A stretch of DNA of 64,000 bases from Fimbriosthenelais zetlandica (taxonomy: Eukaryota), in the NCBI GenBank assembly GCA_977030845.1, contig OZ365112.1, forward strand, positions 5,270,001 through 5,334,000. The letters are read 5' to 3'. Position numbers and translations under genes: made by a program. This document shows positions 12,928 through 24,600 of this stretch, one piece after another. Under the pieces are notes generated by a model, which saw only the letters and a program-made list of their open reading frames with translations, had not been told where the DNA came from and searched no databases. The first letter of the stretch is position 1, and the number at the start of each line of letters is the position of its first letter.

Positions 12928-12938
12928 CATCTCCACCA
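12928..12938 (-). other. Primer-binding site complementary to the 3' end of tRNA-Ala
   Basis: The minus strand reads LTR-TC-TGGTGGAGATG. Eukaryotic tRNA-Ala ends ...CATCTCCACCA, giving an 11-nt match. Confidence 0.8.
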
Positions 12939-12940
12939 GA

Positions 12941-13217
12941 TGTTATATTTTGATTAATATGTCTCTTAATGATTAATTATCCTATTGAGTATATACGGAG
13001 CGATGAAGGAACAAACACATAGGAGTACAGTCCAAGCACTACTGACTTGTGTATCTAGTCTTTCTTTATTTTTAGGGCAAAAGACAAAACAAGGTTTGAA
13101 GAATGAGTCATGCTCATATGATGTAAGGTTACAGGCTTGTACATACACTGTAGGAGAAAAGATGGTAATAGACCTTTTGAGGGAAAATTAATATTAGGAG
13201 AAAACTAGAATATAACA
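12941..13217 (-). repeat. 5' LTR of the minus-strand LTR element
   Basis: 277 bp, identical to 10568-10844, and followed on the minus strand by the PBS. Confidence 0.95.
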
Positions 13218-15149
13218 CAATCTATGCCACAGTATATTATACTCAACAGGATGATCGCCCCTACAGTATGCTGCAGGCGCCCCATACAGTATCAGCTATC
13301 GGGATTATGTGAAATGCCTGTAGGCAGAGTGGTGAAGGGCAAAGTCCAGAGGCTTTAGTGATATATATGCATGCATGGTGAGGGAAACAAGAGATGATGA
13401 AGCTATCCTCAGACGCATAATACAGCTAAGTGCTTTCCCAATGTACAGACTTAAGAAAATCCCTCCATCCTTCCCACTGCCTCACAATAGGGACTTGTTA
13501 AAGAGAGCTTGCGTACACATCCCACTTCCATACAATGGATGTCTTTTCGAAATGCCACAACAGTCATAATGTATACTGGGGGAAGGGCTGATGATATACG
13601 GCATGGCATTCAGAAAACCGAGGCCTTTCAAAACGCAATGTCCTCTAATGCGTCCCATCCCATATAAAACAACATTGCTTCAAGACTGCAGTTGCCAGAT
13701 CAAAGCTGCCATTTTTCAACGACGATTTTTTACTCTCAGGAACAGACTGCATGAGAGAGGGAGAGAAAATATGTTTCATGGTCAGCCAGACGTCCGACAC
13801 CAAACCTTCATTATTCAGGAACCCTGTCCATTAGTATCACTAGAAATTAGAATAACAACAGAAAGCCGTTATAATAACAGATGCATTATTAAATAACAGC
13901 CTGAACTAATGGAATATGGATAGTTGGGGAGGAAAACTGATCTGTCTAATATATAATAGATTAGAATGCCATGGGCAACCTGCTCCGAGTATCCTATTCA
14001 GGTCATGACACCAGAGTTCAGTTCATGACTCGGTGACTTTGATTATGTATCAAATGTCCTGTCAATCTCGACTTACTACTGACACCTGACCATTTCTATA
14101 GTATCCAGTAGTGGTCAGAGTACAGAACAGATAGCTATCACACGTGGTCATACATAACACAGTCTAACCAGCACACAGGCCTCTCAGTCCAGTGTTGACA
14201 CTGTCAATTTGAGGTGGACTTTCAATGGGCTGCTTCTGTGTCCCTACTTCAGTTGAGTGGTCTAGGATATGTTGACATTTAGCATGCCAGTATTGGCACT
14301 GGTGTGCTGCAAGAATGTTTGGAGGCATATCTGAACATACTATAACAAATACGTAACAGCAATGTATAAAGAGGCTATATCAATAGCAATAAATGTGGAA
14401 TGGCAATTGGCAAAATGAAACAAATACCTTGGAAATCTTTAGGTTCATGCAAATAGCTTTCTAATATCAAATACCATAGGAATAGTCTCTATTCAGATAT
14501 ATTTATAGCCAATATGCACTAGGCCGACGAAAGGTCAGGACAATTGATAGGTCATATTTGTACTGCTTGAAAGGAGGCTGCAGGGGTCAATAAGATGGAG
14601 ATGTAGAGCGGCAGCGACTGACCTTTGGCTGTCCGGACCAGGGATACACTATCTGGCCATGGCTGAGTGAGATACTTGTGTCTAGAAATAAGCCTTACAA
14701 AGTATACACTTACGGTTCGGTGCTGGGCGACCGCAGGCATTCCTGATGCCTTGTGTTAGCAACGACGAGGCAAAGACAGGAGGTAGATGAGGGAGGAGAA
14801 TGGTACTACAAGCCCTGGCTTTATCATCAATACAAAACCACAATCCACTCCAACATACAAGTAGTTACTGATTACGACTACAGGAGTTGGTGCTGTGAAG
14901 GAATGACTTAGTTATCCTACTAGTTGCATAATGTCCTGTTGGTGTGAGAGATGGGGAAGTAGGAGGTTTGTGAGAGAGAGGAGGCTGGAGGATGGGACTG
15001 GAGAGAAGTAAAACTAGCATGGACCGTGAGGGTAGCATCTGGCCCAAGCCGAGGCCGCTGGGTTGATACGTGGTTCTGTCTCCACCTACTCTTCCAACTA
15101 GTGACTCTACTGCGCAGGACCTCCAGACTGCTGAGAGAAGGGCCTGCAA

Positions 15150-15600
15150 ACATCACAGCAAGACCATCTGCTGCAACAAGGCAGCTGGAGCAAGAGCAAT
15201 TTTAGCCAGAGGATCATCTGCTTACACTAGTACTTCAAGTTCAGCAGAAGCAGAAGCAGCAACAGCAGTAGTTGAAACTGCAAGAGAGAGCGAACAAAAG
15301 CAGATGGACTGCCGGAGGAGGCATGAGAAACTGCCCTAATGCAGGATGTGTTCTTGCAATGGAGAGCAGCTGCAGCAAAGGACCAAAGTGAAGCTACAGC
15401 AGCCATACTTCTCTCACTCTCTAGAGCAGATGGAACACTCACAGGGCTGCAGTGTGGCTATCAGGAAATAACAGAAAGCAGCACCAAAGAGGAAGAGGTA
15501 ACATCAGCAGCAGGGCTTCGGCTGCCATAGACTATGAAGCAGAAGCCATCAGGGCTTCACAGCAGCAGCTGGCCTTTATAATGGAAGCCACAATGAAGAA
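15150..15600 (+). repeat. CAG/GCA-rich low-complexity tract (decayed Gln/Ala-rich coding-like sequence)
   Basis: Dense cagcag/gaagcagc units. One frame reads QLEQEQF*...QVQQKQKQQQQ* with internal stops. Confidence 0.5.
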
Positions 15601-18600
15601 CATCATCACCGGGAGCCACTCACTGATGCCCTGTCCCATAGTACATTGCCTCCTAGCAATCATTCAGAAACCCTGGCAGGGACAACAGTGAGATCATCAG
15701 TGAAATCGTCAATGTACATCTGACATGGTCCAGGAATACTATGACCCACTTCAGTAATGAAGAAGCCCAATGTTTGCCAATTGCCAGAATGCCAGGAAGC
15801 CAGTAATCAAAAATCTAGAATGATCCAAAAAGAATACCACAAGTAGTAATCAAAACTCTGAAGATCCACAATTTTGATATCTTGACTTTGGTCCAAAGGT
15901 CTCTAGCAGAGAGACTTTCTGTTGGCCACAATATCAAAAGAAAAACATAAGTTTGATGGATCATCTGAGTGATTGCTCATCTCTAAAAGTGCCAATAAGG
16001 AACGGGAGGGTACAGAATGGTGACTCCAGGCAAATGGAGTCCACTGGAGCGTAAATAGCTTTGTATGTTCTGGGCAAACAACATTATGAAGTATTGCCTC
16101 ACTAGAGAGGTTTTTTACCCTATAGTCAGGGTCCCCAGATGACTTCTTCCCGACGCTCAATCTGAACTTTGAAAATGATAAAATGATCGAGAACAATAAA
16201 AACTGTTGTATTGTATTAGAGGGTAGTGGAATGAAGGGGTTGAATAATCCATGAACCTGCTGCAACAAAAGGTATTCAGATCAATAATGAGGGACTAAAA
16301 CAGTCTCATCAGACCAAGTAGTTTGCATTCTGGGGTTGGGGCACTTTGCTTTGACTCCCATTTCAAAAATGATTGATCAAGGCCCCCTCTGTTTTAACAC
16401 AGCCATTTAAATCTGACCTCATTTGGACAAAGCCATGTTGCATCCGGGCGACAGTGAAAATCAAAACCCTCAGAGTTTGGCCTCTCATTCCCTCTAGACC
16501 TGCCTTAAAATTAGTGAAATGTAACAGGTTTTTAGCATGTGACATCAACATTTTGACTCAAGAGATAAAAAAGATAATGTGCTCTGTTGGGAGATCACGT
16601 GGCATGTGCGGTGCGTGGACATCGATGACTTTTTCTAACACCATGCCACGGCCAACATGAGCAATAAAAATGGTGAAAGGCCTTCTGTTGATATGTCCTC
16701 GAAGTGTCCCTGGCACCATCCACGGAGACAGTTTCTCGCTGACGTGAGCAATTCTAAGGTGTCAGGAAGGAACATAGGCTACATTATCCCATCAATGTGC
16801 TGGGTTACTAATGGCAACATCTAGAGAGGCCTGACAGCTAATTGGACATCCTGTCTATCCGAGTGTCACACGGACATTTGCTCCAATTACCAGGGACTTA
16901 AACCTGAGGCTTAAAACTCCAACCAAGGGTTGTTCTTGCTCATTAGGATCGAACTCCTGATAATTATACAGAAATGAAGCTTTGGTCTTAATGATCATAA
17001 ACCTTGTATTGCCTGATAACATGAAGTAAGCACGACTACCTTGTCAATCCCAAAAACAATCACTCATGTCCAATCAATAACACAGACATATTATTGTCTG
17101 CAAGATTGCAATAAGAAGTAAAATGGTAGCGAACCACCATTGGACAAATGTTATCAAATCAGAACACCCATTCAAACCTTGCAATCTTTCCTCTCCCATC
17201 ACTCCCTTACCACCATAGAAATAGGGAGCAGCCTGATTTCTTTCCCAATCAGGCAAGATCGGTGGGTCGGCTAAAGAAATGACCAAACTTGTCATTCTTC
17301 TTCATGGCCTAATAAAGCAGACTTCTCACGCCATTATTTCCTCTGTCACCTCCAGAATAAAATGTCTCCTTCGCGCAAATCAATCCCTGTCAGGATCTTG
17401 GTCCAGCAACTCCCCAAGTCCCCACCTCTTCTGGGGGCCTAAACTCCTGACCCCAGCACCTCCAGGGCCTTGGGAACACTTTGCCCCACTCAGCTCTCCT
17501 ATTCTGACCCTTGACCTTTCCTTCCCAGCTTTAATAATGTAACGATCCAGGTGGGATTCAGAAATAGATTGCAGTGCAAGAAGGCAGCCAGTCCACCGTG
17601 ATGAAAGCCGCAGGAAGGAAAAGTTACCAATCTCTTTTTCCAGAAGAAAACTCAATTCTTTACCTTCATAACACGAAGATTCAGCATTTCTCTAATCGGA
17701 GGATGGCGTGTGTGTAATTTTAATCTCCCCACCAGACAATTCCAAAGATAGGGTATAGATAATTTGATGCTGTTCAGATGCGCGTATTTGTAGGGGGTGA
17801 TTGGCTTGGGGAACCACTTCCAGTTTATCACATTGTACAGCCCTCCTGAGATTGCCCCATCTCGGATAGAAGGATCAATGTTTTACCAGAATGGCAGGAA
17901 CTCGGCCTGGGACCCCTGTGATCCTACACGGATGCCAACATGATATACATAATGAAACTTATACCTCATTACTGGCGTAAGTATGGTTCGTATTCAGCCG
18001 AGGCGCTTCCTCTGGACACGGACTTGACCCGTCACACTCCAGTCTTAGAGCCATTTCCTTGTTTCCGCTGATCAAAATCAGGGTGGAGGTAGCACCTGAC
18101 TTGCCTACCTAAACCCTAAGCAATCATTAGCACCTGTCCTCCTGGCCTCTACAAAACTCGCTATCTATGCATGTGGCATCCAATTATCTGCGAGAAGCTC
18201 GTCTCCACTTCTCGGCCCGTGCTCAGCTGCCCAAGGGAAACGAGGCCAGGCCAGAGTGGGGATGCCTGGAGACTGGCCACTGGCCACTGGCTTCTTCCAC
18301 CGCTCAATGTTCAGTATGCATAAAATCCCAAGTGAAAGATTCCCAGTCGAGATGAGCCAGGCTCACAGAGGCTATAGTCAGACTGTCCTCGTGAATGAAT
18401 GAAGAAGTTCATCCCAGGAGACTTCTATCACCCGGCTGGATCGGTTGTAACCTTTAACAGGGGCCAACCTTTAGAACCAGCCACGTATAAACTACTAGCT
18501 GCTACAGCGAGCAATGGACTTCCAATGGCTAGATTTTAGAATCCTTAAAGCAACTTGAATGTTGCAATCTAGCAGCCCAGCAGACTCTGCATAATAAACA

Positions 18601-21600
18601 CTATCTACAATGGAGCAGTACTTTTGTTGATTTACACAGCCCGGTTTGATAAATCTACAGGGGAAAGCACAAAGGGACAGAAACTTTAATGGAAACTTGA
18701 CATTTATGGATACATTTCAGCAGGTGAAAAAAAACAATCGACAGTGGCTCGGTGAGATGTATTGTTTGCACATCTGGAAGATTTAAATGATCCACTTGGC
18801 GAGTCGTGTTTTAAGCTGTAAATGTGGGAAACGACACCAAGCTCTTAAATCTCTCAAGTACTAGACCTTGCAAGCGAGTCTACTCGGGTGCACTTTTGGC
18901 TCGCGGTTAGGCAAACACACTTGTCTGATGGTACTGTCAGAAAGGCCTCCCCCCAGATGTCATGCTCCCTGCCTTTCAGTCATAAATCACACCAGCCTCA
19001 GCTAATATTGTCAATCCGACTTCTCCCCCGCTCAATCTCTATACTACATCTAAGCACCAAGTCCACTGGTATGGAAATCATGCCATCCACTCGCTTCACA
19101 TAAGCAAAAGAATCTCCGGCCATTTCTGCAAAGGCCATCTTTGATTGCAGTGAAGCCGCATGGCTTATGAAGAGTCCAAACTGAACTGTGGCACCAATAT
19201 AGATCTGTGATTGTAAATGGGAAGGTTATGGCATGTCCTTTCAAACAGCTCTAAGAGATCAGTCATAAAGATAATTTCTTTTACTCCAAGAGAAGATGGA
19301 AAGCAGTGTAGAAGGGGCAGTGGAAAACATTGCATTTTATTGCAGTTGGATGGCATATTGAATAAGTTTGAAAATACAGAGCAAGAACATATTATAATGG
19401 CAAACTACTTGCGATGATACACTTTGTTTGAAAAAGAGTATAGTTGCTTCCCAAGTGAATGTAAAGAGCAACAAAACTGGTTAAAATACATCAATGTCAA
19501 AAGAACTGTTCAACGCACTCTCAGTTAAGGGGGAATTTATCTCTATTTCTGGACATGAGATAAAACCTGTCAATTATGGGTGATGTGTTGGAGCTGTCAG
19601 AAGAGAAAAGTCCACCAATTTCTGCTGGTAAAAGGATGTTCTTGTTTTCGCCAGGAGCTAGGCAACTTTGACTTGGGGCATTTTGAGGGTCCTTCCGCAG
19701 TGCTGGCATGAGGGCCATTAGATGACCGGGGGCGAGGGACACTGCATGCTAGGCAAACTTAGCCTATATATCTTAACGTGGGATAGCACCATCCTGCACT
19801 GCCGCAAACCAATATAACCTCCATATATCATATTATTGATTCCCAGGCAGCTCCCCATACATAGCAGCTCACTTTCTCCCCTACTATATCACTCCTGCCC
19901 CCTTCCATCCTGCCTCTGCCTTCAAGACGAAGAGCTTACCGTTTGAACGCAAGCGTTCCACTGCATATTGGATAAAGTGCATTTAGACCCTGCCCGGGTA
20001 TGTGGAATTCCATCCATGTAATGAGGTTATGAATCCCTGAGCCTGGGCCTCAGTGGGATAATGCCATAAGGCACACTGACACAAGGTACATGAAACAAAG
20101 TTTCTATGATGCATGGGCCATTTTATGGCTGACGAACAGTGGGATGAGGCCTGGTGTTAGACAGTGGCCATGACCATGGTGCAGCTCGTTCAACAGACAA
20201 GCCCCAAGGCCAAAGGCAAAAACATGGCATCTTTCCTTTCGTGTTGGCCATTGTAACCCATCAAGAGTCGCATGAACAGACAGGAAAATGGGAAGTTGTG
20301 AAAGGTATTAAATGAAATGTCCTCGCTCACAGGCATTGTAGCAAGTAAAAAGGGCAAAATGCAAATAAAAATGCCAGGTTCAATGGTAAAACTGAGCTGC
20401 CCGTTAGGCCAGAAAAACAGACCTTCAAAATCTAAGTTCCAGGAACTCAAGAACATTGCACCAAACACACAAATAATGAACTTTAAACATTCCTTCGTCA
20501 TCATGGACAATTCATTACATTGCCATCACAACAGCATAAGGGAGAGAATTCTAAACCTTGCAGCTTGCACGCGACCTCCTCCGCAGCAGAGACCAATGTG
20601 ATTGGTAAGAAAACAAAGCTGGCATGCCAAACATCCATGTTTGATGACCAGGTAGGAGATGAGGAGACTGAATGGTGTCAGGAGAAGGAAAAAAATAGGG
20701 TTCATTGCCATTATGACCGGATGGTATGTTCCTCCTCAATACGTTGGTTATTTTTACATTTTAATGTGGATCCACAGAAAGTTGTTTTTCACTGACAAGC
20801 GGTTGGCAAATTAACGGGTATTTTTAGAAGTGAAATTTATCATCAGCGGGATCTGGGATAATGATGTTCCGATATATGGGATTTCTTATATACTATAATC
20901 ACATATAAATCAAGTCTTACAGACCTAAGTATATTTCAAAGAAATGAAGCTACATCTCCAGTGTATTAACACTGGCAGTCCTTCTATCACATTATTTAAA
21001 GGACTAAATGAGTTTACAGGAGCATGAATCATCTATACGGATCCCCAGGAGGCGGGGAATATTTCATAATTCATACCTTCAAGTGTACTTTATGCTCAGG
21101 AACAAAGTACAATTCTAAAACGTAAAGGATGGCGGTTCTGTTCAAAACATTACGATGGTAAATGAGTAAATGCGTAGCTGAGAGGCGTAGTGGGATTTGG
21201 GGAAGTGGCAAAAAGGGTTCCATCACCCAGCATAGTCCGGGAGATCCTTCAAACGGCCGGGGGGGAGGGCTGAAAGTGGAACAGCAACTGACGAGGACAC
21301 CGTAGGTTATCATCTCCTGTGTTAGGGTGAAAAGAGGTGTAGCATTATGGATCATGGAACTGGTAAAGGCTCATACCTTATAGATGGTCTACAGCCCAGG
21401 GCTCAATACGACCCACTACCCAGTAACTCCTTATCACTCTACTGCAAGAGAGGAGCATGTACATACAAAGAAGCCTGCATATTCACATATATACAGCCTA
21501 AAGGATGGATCATAAAGCATAGTTCAAATACATCCAGAATGCAGGTCTGGCATCCGCAATAGCTCCACGCACGGAGCAGTGTTTGGAGAGCAAATGATGG

Positions 21601-24600
21601 GGAATATGACACTGACAGTGGCATGATGCTTGGCTAGGCCATGGTCCATCCGTCAGTTGAGGCGTCTGACTCACTGATACCCTGGAGGCTTGCCTTTTCC
21701 CTTTCACAGCCACAGGTTCTTCTCTTCCATTATATGCGTGCCACGGCCATCCACAAGTGACCGCTCCAATCAAGTTATAAGCACACAAGTATGGCAAGGA
21801 CTTGTCATGTGGGAACCTTTCCCCTTTAATTAGATCACCAGCACTTTGCCCAAAACAGGCTGTTCAAGCGGGGTCAAGGGAAATAATAAAGACTCTGGCA
21901 GGGCCTGATACCAGAGTTTGCACTTTGCGGCCTTCCTCTTCAATTCATCCAAGACTTGGTGCATGTAGAAGGTCTGACTTGTCAGGGGGTGACACCCGGG
22001 AGAGGGTCAGATGTGACACCCACCACCGACTCTAATCCCAATGAGAGAGACCTTAGCCTTATGATTAACATCTGCTGCTTTTAAGCCCCTTAGCTGAGCC
22101 ATCCTCTCAGAGCCGGACAACCAGGCGTTCCTTTTACTCAGGCACATTTGATTTAGTGCTACGTTTTAGGGATCAATGATCCCTTCTGGCTAGCTAGTCC
22201 GGAATTTCAAAAACCACCTAAGGTATACTTCTTTACAAATCCATGATGGTTTAGCAATGTTATTCAAGGAAAAGCAGATCCAAGTAGAAGCAGATGAACA
22301 CACAGGTTCAGCTTCAAGTCTGATCACTTGCATTTTAAGTAGACTCAATTACATTGTTGGTTTACCTTATTAGTTAGGTTTTAGTCCCTCCATCCCCAAC
22401 ATCATATCCGGGATATCATTACTAAAGTTAGCCCACGGCTAACATAGCTATCAGTGCTCCTAATTCTACCCAGAGGAAAGAGACCAACACAGAGGATTAA
22501 TGAACATATAAGCTATTATTATGGGAGGGAGGCGCTTGTTGCCTTATTGCAGGCATATTTGTAAGGAACTAATGTTGTGCATGTATCCTGTGTGCCCCAT
22601 TTCCCTCCATGGATCTTTTATACAGTGAGTGAGTCATCATGTATATATATGCAGAGGCCTGCCCGAGGGCCTGTGGTGCGATGGATGGATTGCTCGTCAC
22701 CCAACAATACATAATAGAGGGTATATATATACAATGGCCTTCTCCTGACTCAAAATCCCCTATCTTCCTCCACTATGTGGACGGTTAGTATTGGTACTAT
22801 AGTGGCCACCATAGTGGTTTAGCAAACAACATTATTTACACTACTTCCTGTAGTATACTGCCTAGGGACATGATATCTACAAATGGGTTTATTTTGAATT
22901 CTTGAATTGATGGAGCTGGGTTGATATGATGGTCTATATTGGATAGGAACCCAAAGTAAGAGCTAATGCTAGTCCCAACACTGTTTGTCCTCCATACACA
23001 GTAACAGTGTTTTCTGCCAGTTCCAGGGAGTGCAGTGCCTCAGGCTCATGGCATGGCTAGACAGGCTTAATTTACAGAGATGGAAGCCAAAGACTTATTA
23101 GATTACTTGTCTGTTATAGGCCCTAGGTGTGATGATTACTGGCGCACATTATCAGCGAATAATTTGATCATGCTTCAGGCTCAGACAATGTGACCTCCCA
23201 TCAGGAAACCCCATTGCTGCGGGTGGTCAGAAGAACAAAGACTTTGTCAGCTATTCTCACTTGATCCTGCCTCTACAGTATGAACTAGTTGTAGCCATCT
23301 GGCTAGCTTTTCCTGTCTATCACAGGAGGAAGCAGCGAGTGCCAGTAAAACCTAGCTCCGAGGCCCATCTCACAGCATCCTTTGTAAATTTGCTTATCTG
23401 CCAGGCAGGGAGCTGTGGAAATCTCACTGTATGTGACAGCGCTTTATAAATGAAGAGACTTCTGGTGAAGGGAACAAACAACTGGAGGGTGAGAGAGTTA
23501 ATAGGACACAGACCTGTCTCCAGGCTGATAGGAGATGATAAGGGAGCCCGGGGACTGAGTGACACTCACACATGCCTGTGATATACAGATGATAAAAGAG
23601 AGAAATAACAATGACACTTGCCACACTGGTGACAGCCATAGGCTCCGGCTGTTGTGACTCCTTGGTGGGAATGTTGCTGCCAATGCCCGTGGCCTGCATG
23701 ACCTTCTCAGAGGTGATGTCTGCTGATGAGACGCCTGTGTAGAATACAGAAAAATCCTGCTCGGCTCCAGATAACACGTGGGGTGGCAGCGAAGTACTTG
23801 ACGACAGGACACAACCACGTTTGTTTAGAATACCAAATCACCTCCGACTGGAAAATTGTAGGACAGTGACCACAGCAAACAAAGAAGCAGCCTGCTCTTC
23901 ACATGGCTCTTACTGTAATGAGGGAGTAATTACCCAGTGGCCAGTGAAGGGGTGTTCCACATCGGCTTGCCCTGACCAGATCTTGTATTCAGTCTCAGTT
24001 GGCACCCAAGGCACCTCTGGGACTGGGATCCAACTGCAATTACCACAGCAGTACCGCCCGCTGAGACCTTATTCCCATGTAGTATAAGCCGTAAGCGTTA
24101 ATCTAATACAAGATATGCATGTATAAGGCATCAGGGAAAGTATACCAATTCTCCACTGACCGCGTTCTTAGCAGAAGGGCGACTGATACTTCATTGCATT
24201 TTGTCAACTGGGAATGGTCTCTCACGGCTTATTCAGGCCTCTAGATAATAGCTCCACTGTATCTAAGAGCACTGGAGGCTATCATTAAGAACAGAACGTT
24301 AATTTGTTCTTGATATTATGTATGATATTCTCAGCATACTATCCCAAGTGGATGGTATTGATCAAGGCTTGGATAAAACAAAAGGATAAGTGGATCTGTG
24401 CACATGGGCTTTTATGAGCCAACACGCAGTATTGCAGCCGAAGATATGGCCGATTAATTACTACAGTCAGATCAACAGAGGAGATGGCAACATTGGGGGT
24501 AGACTTTAATGCTAATAAGCACGCATTTCACCGTGTAAAATATGCATGTTTCATGTGTAAGTTGATGTTATGGCACCACAGGGCTGAAGAAGTCTACATC

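Larger units (their letters stand above)
10568..13217 (-). mobile_element. Complete non-autonomous LTR retrotransposon (2650 bp, gypsy/retrovirus-like architecture, no pol)
   Basis: Two identical 277-bp LTRs (10568-10844, 12941-13217) begin TGTTATATT and end AATATAACA. A 4-bp TSD CAAT flanks the element (10564-10567 and 13218-13221). PBS and PPT both sit in minus orientation. No RT, RNaseH or integrase frame occurs in the 2.1-kb interior. Confidence 0.95.

Noticed and set aside
10593-13191. Duplicated ORF pairs (10593-10775/12966-13148 and 10612-10818/12985-13191) as gene duplicates
   Set aside because: They lie entirely within the two LTRs and are chance ORFs.
10568-13217. Retrozyme or Cassandra-type element (hammerhead ribozyme or 5S rRNA in the LTRs)
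   Set aside because: I found no CTGANGA...GAAA hammerhead core and no 5S-like sequence in the LTR on either strand by eye. An Infernal/Rfam scan would settle it.
16940-16960. Pol III B-box-like GTTCGATCC on the minus strand (tRNA or SINE)
   Set aside because: No A-box at the proper spacing and no cloverleaf.
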